This document shows, in pieces, positions 19,402 to 29,290 of a DNA stretch of 60,396 nucleotides (position 1 is the first letter of the stretch; the number at the start of each line of letters is the position of its first letter). Source of the stretch: Steroidobacteraceae bacterium (GTDB taxonomy: Bacteria; Pseudomonadota; Gammaproteobacteria; Steroidobacterales; Steroidobacteraceae); the NCBI GenBank assembly GCA_035691185.1, contig DASSJN010000039.1:1-60396 (forward strand), given 5' to 3'. The notes beneath the pieces were generated by a model, which was given only the letters and a program-made list of their open reading frames with translations, was not told where the DNA came from and searched no databases. Position numbers and translations under genes: made by a program.

Positions 19402-20094
19402 ATGACCACCCACGCCGCGCCCTTCGCCGTCGCCTCCCCCTCCGTCGAGATCCAGGGCCAGACGGCACGCTTCCCGGTGCACCGGATCTACTGCGTGGGG
19501 CGCAATTACGCCGCGCACGTGCGCGAGATGGGGGCGAACCCCGAGCGTGAGGCGCCGTGCTTTTTCATGAAGCCGGCCGACGCGGTGGTGCCGAACGGCG
19601 CTGCCGTGCCGTACCCGCCGCGCACGACGAACCTGCACCACGAGATCGAACTCGTCGTCGCCATCGGCGTCGGCGGACGCAACATCGCGCCGGCGACCGC
19701 GCTCGAGCACGTCTTCGGTTATGCAGTCGGCAACGACCTGACGCGCCGCGACCTGCAGGCCGCCGCCAGGGGAGCGGGCCTGCCCTGGGACGTCGCGAAG
19801 GGCTTCGACCACTCGGCGCCGCTCTCGGCCATCCGTTCGGTCGGCGAGGGCGGCCACGTCGCGTCGGGCCGCATCTGGCTCGAGGTCAACGGTCAGCCGC
19901 GACAGGACGCCAACGTCGCCGAGATGATCTGGAGCGTGCCCGAAATCATCGCCGAACTCTCGACGCTCTACGAACTGCAACCGGGCGACCTGATCTTCAC
20001 CGGCACGCCGGCGGGGGTCGGACCGGTGCAGCGCGGCGACAGCATCGTCGGCGGCATCGACAGCCTCGAAACGCTGCGCACGACGATTGTGTGA
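19402..20094 (+). CDS. Fumarylacetoacetate hydrolase (FAH) family protein
   Basis: 230 aa. RIYCVGRNYAAHVREMG, HHEIELVVAIG, NDLTRRDLQ and GDLIFTGTPAGVG are FAH-fold motifs. Adjacent to maiA. Confidence 0.85.
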   Translation: MTTHAAPFAVASPSVEIQGQTARFPVHRIYCVGRNYAAHVREMGANPEREAPCFFMKPADAVVPNGAAVPYPPRTTNLHHEIELVVAIGVGGRNIAPATALEHVFGYAVGNDLTRRDLQAAARGAGLPWDVAKGFDHSAPLSAIRSVGEGGHVASGRIWLEVNGQPRQDANVAEMIWSVPEIIAELSTLYELQPGDLIFTGTPAGVGPVQRGDSIVGGIDSLETLRTTIV

Positions 20095-20097
20095 GAC

Positions 20098-20198
20098 GTG
20101 TCCAGTGTTTAGTGTCTAGTGTTCAGTCGGAGCGGCTGCCCGCGGGCCGACACCGGCGGCCCCTCCGACTATCCGCTGGACACTGAACACTGGACACT
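20098..20198. repeat. Heptamer-armed palindromic intergenic element, copy 3
   Basis: GTGTCCAGTGTTTAGTGTCTAGTGTTCAGTCGGAGC ... CCTCCGACTATCCGCTGGACACTGAACACTGGACACT. It starts 4 nt after the FAH stop and ends 3 nt before the maiA ATG. Confidence 0.9.
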
Positions 20199-20201
20199 CC
20201 C

Positions 20202-20870
20202 ATGTCCCTGACGCTCTACACCTACTGGCGCAGCTCGGCTGCCTACCGCGTGCGAATCGCGCTGAACCTCAAGGGGCTCGCGTACCAGGCCGTGCCCAAG
20301 CACCTGGTGCGTGACGGCGGCGAACAGAAGAAACCGGACTACCTGGCGCTGAATCCGCAGGGTCTCGTGCCGGCGCTGGCCGACGACGGGTTCGTCGTTC
20401 CGCAGTCGCTCGCAATCTGCGAGTACCTCGAGGAAATCCATCCCGAGCCGCGCCTGCTGCCCGGTTCCGCACGCGACCGCGCCATCGTGCGCGGCATGGC
20501 GCTCGCGATCGCGTGCGACACGCATCCGCTCAACAACGTGCCGATCGTCGGTTACCTGCGCCGCGAGTTCGGGGCGGACGATGCGGCCGTGAACCGCTGG
20601 ATGGCGCACTGGATACACCGCGGTTTCTCCGCGCTCGAGCGTTGGGTGGGCGCAGCCGGCGGCAGCCCCGTGCCCGCCGACGGCCAGCTCTACTGCTACG
20701 GCTCGCAGGTCACCCTCGCCGACGTCTGCGTCGTGCCTCAGATGTACAACGCACGCCGATTCCAGGTCGACGTGTCGGCGTACCCCCGGCTCGTGTCGAT
20801 CTGCCGGCACCTCGAAGCGCTGCCCGCGTTCGCGGCCGCCCGGCCGGAGGCGCAGCCGGACGCAGAGTGA
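20202..20870 (+). CDS. maiA: Maleylacetoacetate isomerase (GST zeta)
   Basis: MSLTLYTYWRSSAAYRVRIALNLKGL... is the canonical zeta-class GST N-terminus (SSAAYRVRIALN). Confidence 0.9.
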   Translation: MSLTLYTYWRSSAAYRVRIALNLKGLAYQAVPKHLVRDGGEQKKPDYLALNPQGLVPALADDGFVVPQSLAICEYLEEIHPEPRLLPGSARDRAIVRGMALAIACDTHPLNNVPIVGYLRREFGADDAAVNRWMAHWIHRGFSALERWVGAAGGSPVPADGQLYCYGSQVTLADVCVVPQMYNARRFQVDVSAYPRLVSICRHLEALPAFAAARPEAQPDAE

Positions 20871-20871
20871 G

Positions 20872-20972
20872 GAGTGTTCAGCGGACAGCGTCGAACGGAT
20901 GGTCGGAAGGCGGCGGCGCGCCGCGCTGCCTGGCGCTTCGGACTGGACACTGAACACCAACCGCTAGACACT
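20872..20972. repeat. Heptamer-armed palindromic intergenic element, copy 4 (degenerate left arm)
   Basis: GAGTGTTCAGCGGACAGCGTCGAACGGATGGTCGGAAGG ... CTTCGGACTGGACACTGAACACCAACCGCTAGACACT. It starts 2 nt after the maiA stop and ends 6 nt before the next ATG. Confidence 0.8.
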
Positions 20973-20978
20973 TCCCCC

Positions 20979-21257
20979 ATGGTCACCGCCGTCGTCCTGA
21001 TCAAGGCCGAAACCGACAAGGTGCCGGAACTCGCCCAGACCATGGCCGAGCTCGAGGGCGTGCGCGAGGTGTTCTCGGTGGCGGGTCAGTACGACCTCGT
21101 TGCGCTCGTGAAAGTCCGCGAGAACGAGGACCTCGCCCGGGTCATCAGCGAGAAGATGCGCAAGCTGCCAGGCATTACGAGTTCGGAGACGCTGATCTCC
21201 TTCAAGGTCTATTCGAAAAAGGACATCGAGGCGGCGTTCCAGCTCGGCCTCGACTGA
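20979..21257 (+). CDS. Stand-alone Lrp/AsnC ligand-binding (RAM) domain protein
   Basis: 92 aa. VVLIKAETDKVPELAQTMAELEGVREVFSVAGQYDLVALVKV... resembles an AsnC-type effector domain without an HTH. Confidence 0.6.
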   Translation: MVTAVVLIKAETDKVPELAQTMAELEGVREVFSVAGQYDLVALVKVRENEDLARVISEKMRKLPGITSSETLISFKVYSKKDIEAAFQLGLD

Positions 21258-21408
21258 CCGTCGAACGGCGCACCCGCCCCGGTCACTCTCGACAACCCGG
21301 CGGAGTCAGACCGGCCGGCTCCGAGCGAAAGCGCAGCGTGCGGCCGCGCCGTGCGACGAGTCGAGGCCTGCGCGAGGTGAGTCGCCGTCCAGATCCCTTG
21401 CCCAATTG

Positions 21409-21426
21409 AGAATGACCGTTCATTCT
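21409..21426. promoter_or_regulatory. Candidate TetR-type operator overlapping a TTGAC -35-like hexamer, upstream of the RND operon
   Basis: AGAATGACCGTTCATTCT is a 16/18 palindrome in an otherwise GC-rich leader, 62 nt upstream of the adaptor ATG. A TetR gene ends the operon. Confidence 0.35.
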
Positions 21427-21487
21427 TGACCCGTCCCGCTCGCCCGCGACCCGCGCGCAGCGTTCGTTCCAGGTCTCGAGGTTTGCC

Positions 21488-22660
21488 ATGACATCGCTTT
21501 CGCGCGCGAAGACGGCCGGCTTTTCCATCGTTCTGGCTGCCCTGGCTGCGCTGACGGCGGCCTGTGGAGATCAGCAGGACACGCCCGAGGGCGGGGCACC
21601 GGTGCCGGTCACCATCGTCACGCTCAGGTCGGAGAAGGTGACGCTCACGCGCGAGCTGCCCGGTCGTTCGACGGCGTACCTCGTGGCCGAGGTTCGACCG
21701 CAAGTGGACGGCATCGTCCTCAAGCGTCTGTTCACGGAGGGCGGCCTGGTGAAGCAGGGTCAGCCGCTGTACCAGATCGACGACGCCACGTACCGCGCGG
21801 ACCTCAACAGCGCCCGCGCCAACGTCGTGCGCGCACAGGCGACGCTCGAGACGGCGGACCTCGACGCTAAACGCAGCGCGCAGCTCGTCCGGGTCGATGC
21901 CGTTAGCCAGCAGGACGACGAAAATGCCGCCGCGGCGCTGCGCCACGCGCAGGCGGACCTCAAGGCGGCGCAGGCGGCGGCGGACCGTGCCGCGACCGTC
22001 CTCGGGTACGCACGGATCGTTGCGCCGATCAGCGGCCGCATCGGCAGGTCGTCGGTCACGCAGGGTGCGCTCGTGACCGCCAACCAGGCCGAACCGCTCG
22101 CCACCGTGCAGCAGCTCGATCCGATCTACGTCGACCTCACGCAGTCGAGCGCGGAATGGCTGCAGCTGCGCCGGGAACTGGCCTCCGGTCGCCTCGCGGG
22201 CGCGTCCGACCTGCCCGTGACCATCGTGCTCGAGGACGGCTCTCCGTACGAGCACACCGGCAAGCTCGCCTTTTCCGAGGTCAGCGTCGACCCCACCACG
22301 GGCAGCTTCGCGTTGCGCGTCGTCGTGCCGAACCCGGACCACGTGCTGCTCCCCGGCATGTACGTGCGGGCAGTCATCGGCCGGGGTGTGCGCGAAAACG
22401 GCGTGCTCGTGCCGCAGCAGGGCATCGCGCGCGATCCGAAGGGCGGCACCACGGCGATGATCGTCGGCGCGGACGAAAAGGTCGAAGTCCGCGAGGTCCG
22501 CGTGAGTCAGACCATCGGCGACAAGTGGCTCGTCGAAGAGGGTCTCGCCCCGGGCGACAGGGTGGTCGTCGAAGGCCTGCAGAAGATCAGGCCCGGCGCA
22601 CTGGTGCAGGCCACGGAGGCCGCGACGCCGGCCGCCACTCGAACCGCGGCGCAGAAGTAA
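21488..22660 (+). CDS. RND efflux periplasmic adaptor (MexA/AcrA family)
   Basis: Lipoprotein signal LTAACG, then RPQVDGIV, GQPLYQIDDATY, a coiled-coil hairpin and ITGRIG-like motifs. Confidence 0.9.
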   Translation: MTSLSRAKTAGFSIVLAALAALTAACGDQQDTPEGGAPVPVTIVTLRSEKVTLTRELPGRSTAYLVAEVRPQVDGIVLKRLFTEGGLVKQGQPLYQIDDATYRADLNSARANVVRAQATLETADLDAKRSAQLVRVDAVSQQDDENAAAALRHAQADLKAAQAAADRAATVLGYARIVAPISGRIGRSSVTQGALVTANQAEPLATVQQLDPIYVDLTQSSAEWLQLRRELASGRLAGASDLPVTIVLEDGSPYEHTGKLAFSEVSVDPTTGSFALRVVVPNPDHVLLPGMYVRAVIGRGVRENGVLVPQQGIARDPKGGTTAMIVGADEKVEVREVRVSQTIGDKWLVEEGLAPGDRVVVEGLQKIRPGALVQATEAATPAATRTAAQK

Positions 22661-22669
22661 GGCCCGCCC

Positions 22670-25600
22670 ATGGCACGTTTCTTCATCGACCGACCCATTT
22701 TCGCGTGGGTCATCGCGATCATCATCATGATCGCGGGCGGCCTCTCGATCACGCAGCTGCCCATCTCGATGTATCCGACGATCGCACCACCGGCCGTGAC
22801 GATCAGTGCCAGCTACCCGGGCGCGTCCGCCGAGGCCGTCGAGAACGCGGTTACCCAGATCATCGAGCAGAACATGAAAGGCCTCGACGGCCTGATCTAC
22901 ATGTCTGCGACGAGCCAGGCCTCGGGCCAGGCGCAGGTCTCGCTGACGTTCCAGTCCGGCACGAATCCCGACATCGCGCAGGTACAGGTGCAGAACAAGC
23001 TGCAGCTCGCGATGCCGCTGCTGCCGCAGGAAGTGCAGCGCCAGGGCGTCAGCGTGACCAAGTCGCGCACGGGCTTCCTGCTGATCATCGGCTTCGTGTC
23101 GAAGGACGGCAGCATGAAGCGCGAGGACCTTGCCGATTACGTCGGCGCCAACCTCCTCGACCCCCTGAGCCGCGTCGAAGGTGTCGGCACCGTGCAGCTC
23201 TTCGGCGCTCCGTATGCGATGCGCATCTGGCTCGACCCGCACAAGCTCGAGACCTATCGGCTGGCCGTGTCCGACATCACCGCCGCGGTGCGGGCGCAGA
23301 ACGCGCAGGTTACGGTGGGGCAGCTCGGCGGCACGCCGGCGGTGGACGGACAGCAGCTCAACGCCACCATCAGCTCCCAGTCCCGGCTGCAGACGCCCGA
23401 GCAGTTTCGCGACATCGTCGTACGCAGCAACCCGGACGGCTCGGCGCTGCGACTCGGGGAGGTCGCCCGCGTCGAACTCGGCGCCGAGAACTACAGCGTC
23501 ATCACGCGCTTCAACGGCCAGCCGGCCGTCGGCATGGCGATCTCGCTCGCGACCGGCGCCAACGCGCTCGCGACCTCGACCGCCGTGCGCGAACGGCTGG
23601 ACGAGTTGCGGCCGTTCTTCCCGGCCGGCCTCGCGACGGTCATTCCGTTCGACACGACGCCTTTCGTGCGCGCGGCCATCATCGAGGTCGTGAAGACGCT
23701 CGTCGAGGCGATCGTCCTGGTGTTCCTGGTCATTTACCTGTTCCTGCAGAACTTCCGGGCGACGCTGATCCCGACCATCGCGGTGCCGGTGGTGCTGCTC
23801 GGCACGTTCGGCGTGCTCGCGGCGCTCGGCTTCTCGATCAACGTGCTCACGATGTTCGCGATGGTGCTCGCGATCGGCCTGCTCGTGGACGATGCGATCG
23901 TCGTGGTCGAGAACGTGGAGCGCCTGATGCGGGAGGAGGGCCTCTCGCCGCTGGAGGCGACGCGCAAGTCGATGGACCAGATCACCGGCGCGCTGGTCGC
24001 CATCGGCCTCGTGCTCGCCGCAGTGTTCATCCCGATGGCGTTCCTGGCGGGCTCCGTCGGTGTGATCTACCGGCAGTTCTCCGCGACGATCGTCTCGGCG
24101 ATGGCGCTCTCGGTGCTGGTCGCGATCGTGTTGACGCCCGCGCTCTGCGCCACGCTGCTCGAGCCCGTCCGCAAGGGCGAGCAACACGAATCGCGCGGCT
24201 TCTTCCGCTGGTTCAACCGCAACTTCGATCGCGGCACGCGCAGCTACGAGGGTGCGGTGCGCACCGTGCTCGCCCGCACCGGTCGCTTCCTGCTGGTGTT
24301 CCTCGGGCTCGCGGCCGTCATGCTGTTCCTGTTCCTGCGGTTGCCGAGCGCATTCCTGCCCGACGAGGACCAGGGCTCCCTGATCTCGATGGTGTCCGCG
24401 CCCGTCGGGTCGACCCAGCAGCGAACGCTGCAGTCGATCGAGAAGGTCGAGCAGCACTTCCTCGAGAACGAACCCGCGATCAGGTCGATCTTCGCCATCG
24501 TCGGGTTCAGTTTCGCCGGCGGCGGCCAGAACGCGGGCATGGCGTTCGTCAACCTGAAGCCGTGGGACGAACGCGATTCGGCCGACCTGCACGTCAAGGC
24601 GGTCGCACGCCGTGCGATGGGCGCGCTCATGCAGATCAAGGACGCGATGGCCTTCGCGTTCGCCCCGCCGCCGGTGACCGAACTCGGCGTCGCCACGGGC
24701 TTCACGTTCTACCTGCAGGACAACGCCGGCCACGGCCATGCGGCGCTGGTCGCCGCGCGGAACCAGCTGCTCGGACTGGCGACGCAGAGCAAGCTGCTGA
24801 CGAACGTGCGCCCGAACGGCCAGGACGACACGCCGCAGTTCAAGCTGAACATCGACACCGCCAAGGCCGCGGCGCTCGGCGTCGAGATCGCGAACGTCAA
24901 CTCGACGCTGTCAGCGGCGTGGGGCGGCAGCTACATCGACGACTTCATCGACCGCGGGCGCGTCAAGCGCGTGTACGTGCAGGCCGACGCGCCGTACCGC
25001 ATGACGCCCGAGGACTTCCGCCTCTGGTCGGTGCGCAATGCCGAGGGCGGCATGGTGCCGGTGTCATCGTTCGCGACCTCGGAGTGGAGCTACGGCTCGC
25101 CGCGACTCGAGCGCTACAACGGCGTCTCGGCCATGGAAATCCAGGGCGAGGCGGCCGCGGGCGTCAGCACCGGCCAGGCCATGGCGGAGATCGAGGCGCT
25201 CATGCGGCAGCTGCCGCCCGGGTTCGGGATCGAGTGGAGCGGCGCCTCGTACCAGGAGCGGCAGGCGGGAGCGCAGACGCCGCTCCTCTACGCGCTGTCG
25301 TTCGCGATCGTCTTCCTCTGCCTCGCGGCGCTGTACGAGAGCTGGTCGATTCCGACGGCGGTGCTCATGGTCGCGCCGCTGGGCATCCTGGGCGCGACGC
25401 TCGGCAGCACGCTGCTCGGCATGCAGCGCGACGTCTACTTCCAGGTCGCGATGCTGACGACGCTGGGCCTCACGAGCAAGAACGCCATCCTGATCATCGA
25501 GTTCGCCAAGGCGAACTACGAGAAGGGGATGGACCTCGTCGAAGCGGCGATGCAGGCCGCGAAGATCCGGCTGCGGCCGATCCTGATGACCTCACTCGCG

Positions 25601-25831
25601 TTCGGGTTCGGCGTGTTGCCGCTCGCGATCGCGACCGGCGCCGGGTCGGGTGCGCAGCGTGCGATCGGGACCGGCGTCCTGGGCGGCATGATCGTCGGCA
25701 CGAGCCTCGGCTTGATCTTCATCCCGCTGTTCTTCGTCGTCGTCGAGCGCTGGCTCGTGCGCAAGAAGCCGCATGCACCGCAAGCGTCTGCCGGCGAACC
25801 GGTGCCGGCCGGAGGTGCCGCCCATGAGTAA
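22670..25831 (+). CDS. RND multidrug efflux permease (AcrB/MexB family)
   Basis: 1053 aa. [20 protein letters not shown], 12-TM topology, and [19 protein letters not shown]. Confidence 0.95.
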   Translation: MARFFIDRPIFAWVIAIIIMIAGGLSITQLPISMYPTIAPPAVTISASYPGASAEAVENAVTQIIEQNMKGLDGLIYMSATSQASGQAQVSLTFQSGTNPDIAQVQVQNKLQLAMPLLPQEVQRQGVSVTKSRTGFLLIIGFVSKDGSMKREDLADYVGANLLDPLSRVEGVGTVQLFGAPYAMRIWLDPHKLETYRLAVSDITAAVRAQNAQVTVGQLGGTPAVDGQQLNATISSQSRLQTPEQFRDIVVRSNPDGSALRLGEVARVELGAENYSVITRFNGQPAVGMAISLATGANALATSTAVRERLDELRPFFPAGLATVIPFDTTPFVRAAIIEVVKTLVEAIVLVFLVIYLFLQNFRATLIPTIAVPVVLLGTFGVLAALGFSINVLTMFAMVLAIGLLVDDAIVVVENVERLMREEGLSPLEATRKSMDQITGALVAIGLVLAAVFIPMAFLAGSVGVIYRQFSATIVSAMALSVLVAIVLTPALCATLLEPVRKGEQHESRGFFRWFNRNFDRGTRSYEGAVRTVLARTGRFLLVFLGLAAVMLFLFLRLPSAFLPDEDQGSLISMVSAPVGSTQQRTLQSIEKVEQHFLENEPAIRSIFAIVGFSFAGGGQNAGMAFVNLKPWDERDSADLHVKAVARRAMGALMQIKDAMAFAFAPPPVTELGVATGFTFYLQDNAGHGHAALVAARNQLLGLATQSKLLTNVRPNGQDDTPQFKLNIDTAKAAALGVEIANVNSTLSAAWGGSYIDDFIDRGRVKRVYVQADAPYRMTPEDFRLWSVRNAEGGMVPVSSFATSEWSYGSPRLERYNGVSAMEIQGEAAAGVSTGQAMAEIEALMRQLPPGFGIEWSGASYQERQAGAQTPLLYALSFAIVFLCLAALYESWSIPTAVLMVAPLGILGATLGSTLLGMQRDVYFQVAMLTTLGLTSKNAILIIEFAKANYEKGMDLVEAAMQAAKIRLRPILMTSLAFGFGVLPLAIATGAGSGAQRAIGTGVLGGMIVGTSLGLIFIPLFFVVVERWLVRKKPHAPQASAGEPVPAGGAAHE

Positions 25832-27254
25832 GTCCATCGCCACTGCCGTCACGCTGGCGCTCGTCTGCGCCACGAGCGCCTGTGGCGTGCTCGAGCCGCG
25901 GCTGCCGGACGCCCAGCCGTCGATCCCGGCGCAGTGGCCATTGCCGCCGATGACGGCCACGGCGCCCGTCGCGCCGGCCGCCGCTGCAGGGGAGGCCGAG
26001 GCCGCGGCGGCCGACATCGGCTGGCGCGACTTTTTCGTCGACCCCCGCCTCGAGGACCTGATCGACCGAGCGCTCAGGAACAATCGGGACCTGCGCGTGG
26101 CCGTGCTCAACGTGGAGCGTGCCCGGCAGTCCTACCGCATCCAGCGCGCCGATCGCGTCCCCTCCGTCGGCGCCGCCGGCACGATGGTCCGCCAGGGCGG
26201 TGACGGCCAGCGCACGACCGAAACCTATGCGGCCGACCTCGCCGTCACGGCCTTCGAACTCGACCTCTTCGGTCGCGTGCGCAACCTGAGCGAGACAGCG
26301 CTGCAGCGATATTTCGCCCAGGAGGAAGCGCGTCGCAGCGCGCAGCTGAGCCTGGTCGCCGAGGTCGCAAGCGTCTACCTGACGCTCGCGGCGGACCAGG
26401 AGCAATTGGAACTCGCGCGCGAGACGCTGCGCACGTGGGACGACAACTTCGCAATCACGCAGAAGCGACACGAATTCGGCGCGGTCTCCGCGCTGGACGT
26501 GCACCAGGCGCGCACGCAGGTGGAAGCCGCGCGCGCCGACCTCGCACGCTACGCAGGCCAGATCGCGCAGGACGTGAACGCGCTGAACCTGCTCGTCGGC
26601 GGGACGGTGGACCCGGGCGTGCTGCCGACCGGATTCGACCCCGACGTCACGGGCCTCGACGCGCTGCCGGTGGGGCTGCCGTCGGACGTGTTGCTGCGAC
26701 GCCCGGACGTGCTCGAGGCGGAGCGCCAGCTGCGGGGCGCCAATGCGAACATCGGCGCGGCGCGAGCCGCGTTCTTTCCGTCCATCACGCTGACCGGCGC
26801 GGTCGGCTCGGCCAGCGACGAGTTGTCGGGCCTGTTGGGCAGCGGCACGAATACCTGGAGCTTCGTCCCGCGCGTCAACGTGCCGATCTTCGAGGGTGGC
26901 CGGCTGCGCGCGAATCTAGGTGCGGCGCGCGCCGACCGCGACATCGCGCTCGCGCAGTACGAAGGCACGATCCAGCGCGGCTTCCGCGAGGTGGCCGACG
27001 CCCTCGCGCTGACCTCGACGCTCGCCTCGCAGCGGCAGGCGCTCGAGCAGCTGGTCGAGGCAGCCACGAAGGCCGAGGAGTTGTCGATCGCCCGCTACGA
27101 AGCGGGCCGCGACAGCTACCTGATCCGGCTCGAGGCGCAGCGGACGCTGTACGTCTCGCAGCAGGCACTGATCACGACACGGCTGGCCGAGCAGACGAAC
27201 CGCGTGACGCTGTACCAGGTGCTCGGCGGCGGCTGGCGCGAGGCGACACGATGA
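25824..27254 (+). CDS. Outer-membrane efflux lipoprotein (OprM/NodT family)
   Basis: Lipobox ATSACG, then [27 protein letters not shown] and FFPSITLTG. Overlaps the permease stop. Confidence 0.9.
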   Translation: MSKSIATAVTLALVCATSACGVLEPRLPDAQPSIPAQWPLPPMTATAPVAPAAAAGEAEAAAADIGWRDFFVDPRLEDLIDRALRNNRDLRVAVLNVERARQSYRIQRADRVPSVGAAGTMVRQGGDGQRTTETYAADLAVTAFELDLFGRVRNLSETALQRYFAQEEARRSAQLSLVAEVASVYLTLAADQEQLELARETLRTWDDNFAITQKRHEFGAVSALDVHQARTQVEAARADLARYAGQIAQDVNALNLLVGGTVDPGVLPTGFDPDVTGLDALPVGLPSDVLLRRPDVLEAERQLRGANANIGAARAAFFPSITLTGAVGSASDELSGLLGSGTNTWSFVPRVNVPIFEGGRLRANLGAARADRDIALAQYEGTIQRGFREVADALALTSTLASQRQALEQLVEAATKAEELSIARYEAGRDSYLIRLEAQRTLYVSQQALITTRLAEQTNRVTLYQVLGGGWREATR

Positions 27255-27856
27255 ACGACGTTCCGGCGGTGGCCGGCAGCCGTGCCGACGCGCAGCGCGA
27301 CCGGATCCTCTGTGCGGCGCTCGGGTGCTTCATCGAGCATGGCTTCCACGCGGCGAGCATGGCGAGCATCGCCGAGGCCGCGCAGATGAGCGCGGGCCTG
27401 ATCTACCGCTATTTCGAAAGCAAGAATGCGATCGTGCTAGCGATCGTCCAGCGCCAGCTGGACGAAAAGCGGTCGCTCATCCGGCAGCTGCAGTCGTCCG
27501 TGCAGATCGTCGACGGCCTGGTCGACGCCTTCGAACAGTGGTGCCGCCACGACCCCGCGATCATGAGCGTCGCACTGCTGCTCGAGATGAGCGCAGAGGC
27601 CACTCGCAATCCCGAGATCGCGCAGGCCCTGCGCGCTTCGGACGAGGCGACGCGCGCGACGTTCGAGGCGTGGTTGCGCCGGCCCCGCGAGCAGGGCGGC
27701 GCCGGCATGTCCGCCGGGCAGGCGCGCTCGCGCGCGCTCGGGATGCGTTTCGTCGTCGATGGCCTCGCGCTGCGCGCCGCGCGCGAGCCGGGGCTCGACA
27801 GGGCCGAACTCCGCACCGCGGTCGAGAAGCTGATCCGCACCCTGCTGGAGCCGTGA
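27251..27856 (+). CDS. TetR/AcrR family transcriptional regulator
   Basis: N-terminal HTH RDRILCAALGCFIEHGFHAASMASIAEAAQMSAGLIYRYFESK. ATGA overlap with the OMF gene. Confidence 0.9.
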   Translation: MNDVPAVAGSRADAQRDRILCAALGCFIEHGFHAASMASIAEAAQMSAGLIYRYFESKNAIVLAIVQRQLDEKRSLIRQLQSSVQIVDGLVDAFEQWCRHDPAIMSVALLLEMSAEATRNPEIAQALRASDEATRATFEAWLRRPREQGGAGMSAGQARSRALGMRFVVDGLALRAAREPGLDRAELRTAVEKLIRTLLEP

Positions 27857-27871
27857 GCGGCGACCGCTACC

Positions 27872-29230
27872 TCAAAGCGCGCCGCCCAGCCGTCGCAGCG
27901 CGTCCGGCTGGAAGTCGGTGATCCGCGCCTTCGCGTCGAACTGGATCGGTTCCTTGACCTCGCTGTCGAGGCCGCCGACGAGGTAGCCGCCGCTGTTCAG
28001 GTCGTGGTAGATGCCGAAGCGATAGAACGGCACCCGTGCGTCGTAGGCGTGCACGAGGCCGTGCAGAGACGCGCGCCACAGCTGGCCACGCGTGTCGTAC
28101 ACGTCTTCCGCGAGTACCGACCAGCTGTCCTCGTCGAGGTAGAACGTGCGCTTGCCGTAGATGTGCCGCTGCCCGGTCCGTAGCGTGCCCTCGACCACCC
28201 AGACGCGATGCAGTTCGTACCGCACGTACTCCGGATCGATCGACTTCGGCTTGATCACGTCCTTGTACCGGAGCGTCTTGTCCGATAGCCGGTACGAGTT
28301 GTAGGGAACGTAGACTTCGCGCTTGCCGAGCAGCTTCCAATCGTAGCGGTCGGGTGCGCCGTTATAGCCGTCCACCTGGTCGGTTGTCAGCATGCCTTCC
28401 GACCCGTCGTTGATGCCGTCGTACGCCAGGTCCGGGGCGCGCCGAACGCGCCGTGCACCCGAGTTGTAGATCCACGCCGAGCGTTGCTCGGCCACCTGGT
28501 CGACGGGTTCGTGCACGAGGAAGATCGTGCCACGCAGCGTGGCCGGCTCGGTGAAATAGCCGAGCGCATAGAACAGCCGATTGGGCTCGGCACCCTCGAC
28601 GTTCTGCGCGTAGATGCGTTGTGCCCGGAAGCCGATCTTGAAGTAGTCGCCGCTGGGCCGTACCGGGAACGAGTGCCCGGTGCGCACGATGCCGCCGCCG
28701 AGGTAACGCACGAGGTGGTTCCAGATCGCCTCGAGACCGTTCTGCGGGATCGGAAACGGCGTCGTCGAGCCGCCGAGGTCCTTGAGCCCGAAGCCTTGCA
28801 GCGAGACCTTGCCGGCTCGCGCGGCCACCTTGTCGGTGACGGCCTCGGGATACCCCACCGTGCGCCGCGTCGGATAAACGTTCATGCGGAAGTTCTGCGG
28901 AAATTTCTGCAGCAGCGCGAGCTGTCCGCGGGTCAGCTTCGCTTCGTATTGCGCTGCATTGGTCCCGGTGATCGTGAACAAGCGCTGGTCGCCCGGGAAC
29001 GGATCGACATAACCCTGCTGGGGCGTCCACCCGGGGGGCGGCTCCCGGAGACCGCCGTCCCAGGCGGGGATCGTGCCGTCCGCAGTGCCCGCGCGCTCGG
29101 CGCCGACCGGCGTGAGGTCCCGGCCGAGGCGCGAGTAGTCGGCCTGCGCCAGCGCTTCGCCCGAGGCGGCGACGAGCGCGAGCGTCAGGAACAGAGCCCG
29201 AAGCCCCGTGGTGGCGGACAGTGGCGTCAT
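27872..29230 (-). CDS. DUF1329 family protein (outer-membrane lipoprotein-sorting-like)
   Basis: 452 aa, secreted. LTPVGAERAGTADGTIPAWDGG and the later W/Y-rich beta-rich sequence are characteristic of DUF1329. No DUF1302 partner is in the window. Confidence 0.65.
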   Translation of the reverse strand: MTPLSATTGLRALFLTLALVAASGEALAQADYSRLGRDLTPVGAERAGTADGTIPAWDGGLREPPPGWTPQQGYVDPFPGDQRLFTITGTNAAQYEAKLTRGQLALLQKFPQNFRMNVYPTRRTVGYPEAVTDKVAARAGKVSLQGFGLKDLGGSTTPFPIPQNGLEAIWNHLVRYLGGGIVRTGHSFPVRPSGDYFKIGFRAQRIYAQNVEGAEPNRLFYALGYFTEPATLRGTIFLVHEPVDQVAEQRSAWIYNSGARRVRRAPDLAYDGINDGSEGMLTTDQVDGYNGAPDRYDWKLLGKREVYVPYNSYRLSDKTLRYKDVIKPKSIDPEYVRYELHRVWVVEGTLRTGQRHIYGKRTFYLDEDSWSVLAEDVYDTRGQLWRASLHGLVHAYDARVPFYRFGIYHDLNSGGYLVGGLDSEVKEPIQFDAKARITDFQPDALRRLGGAL

Positions 29231-29290
29231 CCCGAGTCCCCGCAGCGATGGCGATGCGGCGGGGATGCTATCGCGTCCCGCGTGGTCGCG

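Noticed and set aside
27872-29230. DUF1329 gene as part of a DUF1302/DUF1329 outer-membrane uptake pair.
   Set aside because: No DUF1302-like large beta-barrel gene is adjacent. The neighbours are a TetR gene and argH. It is therefore reported only as a lone DUF1329-like protein.
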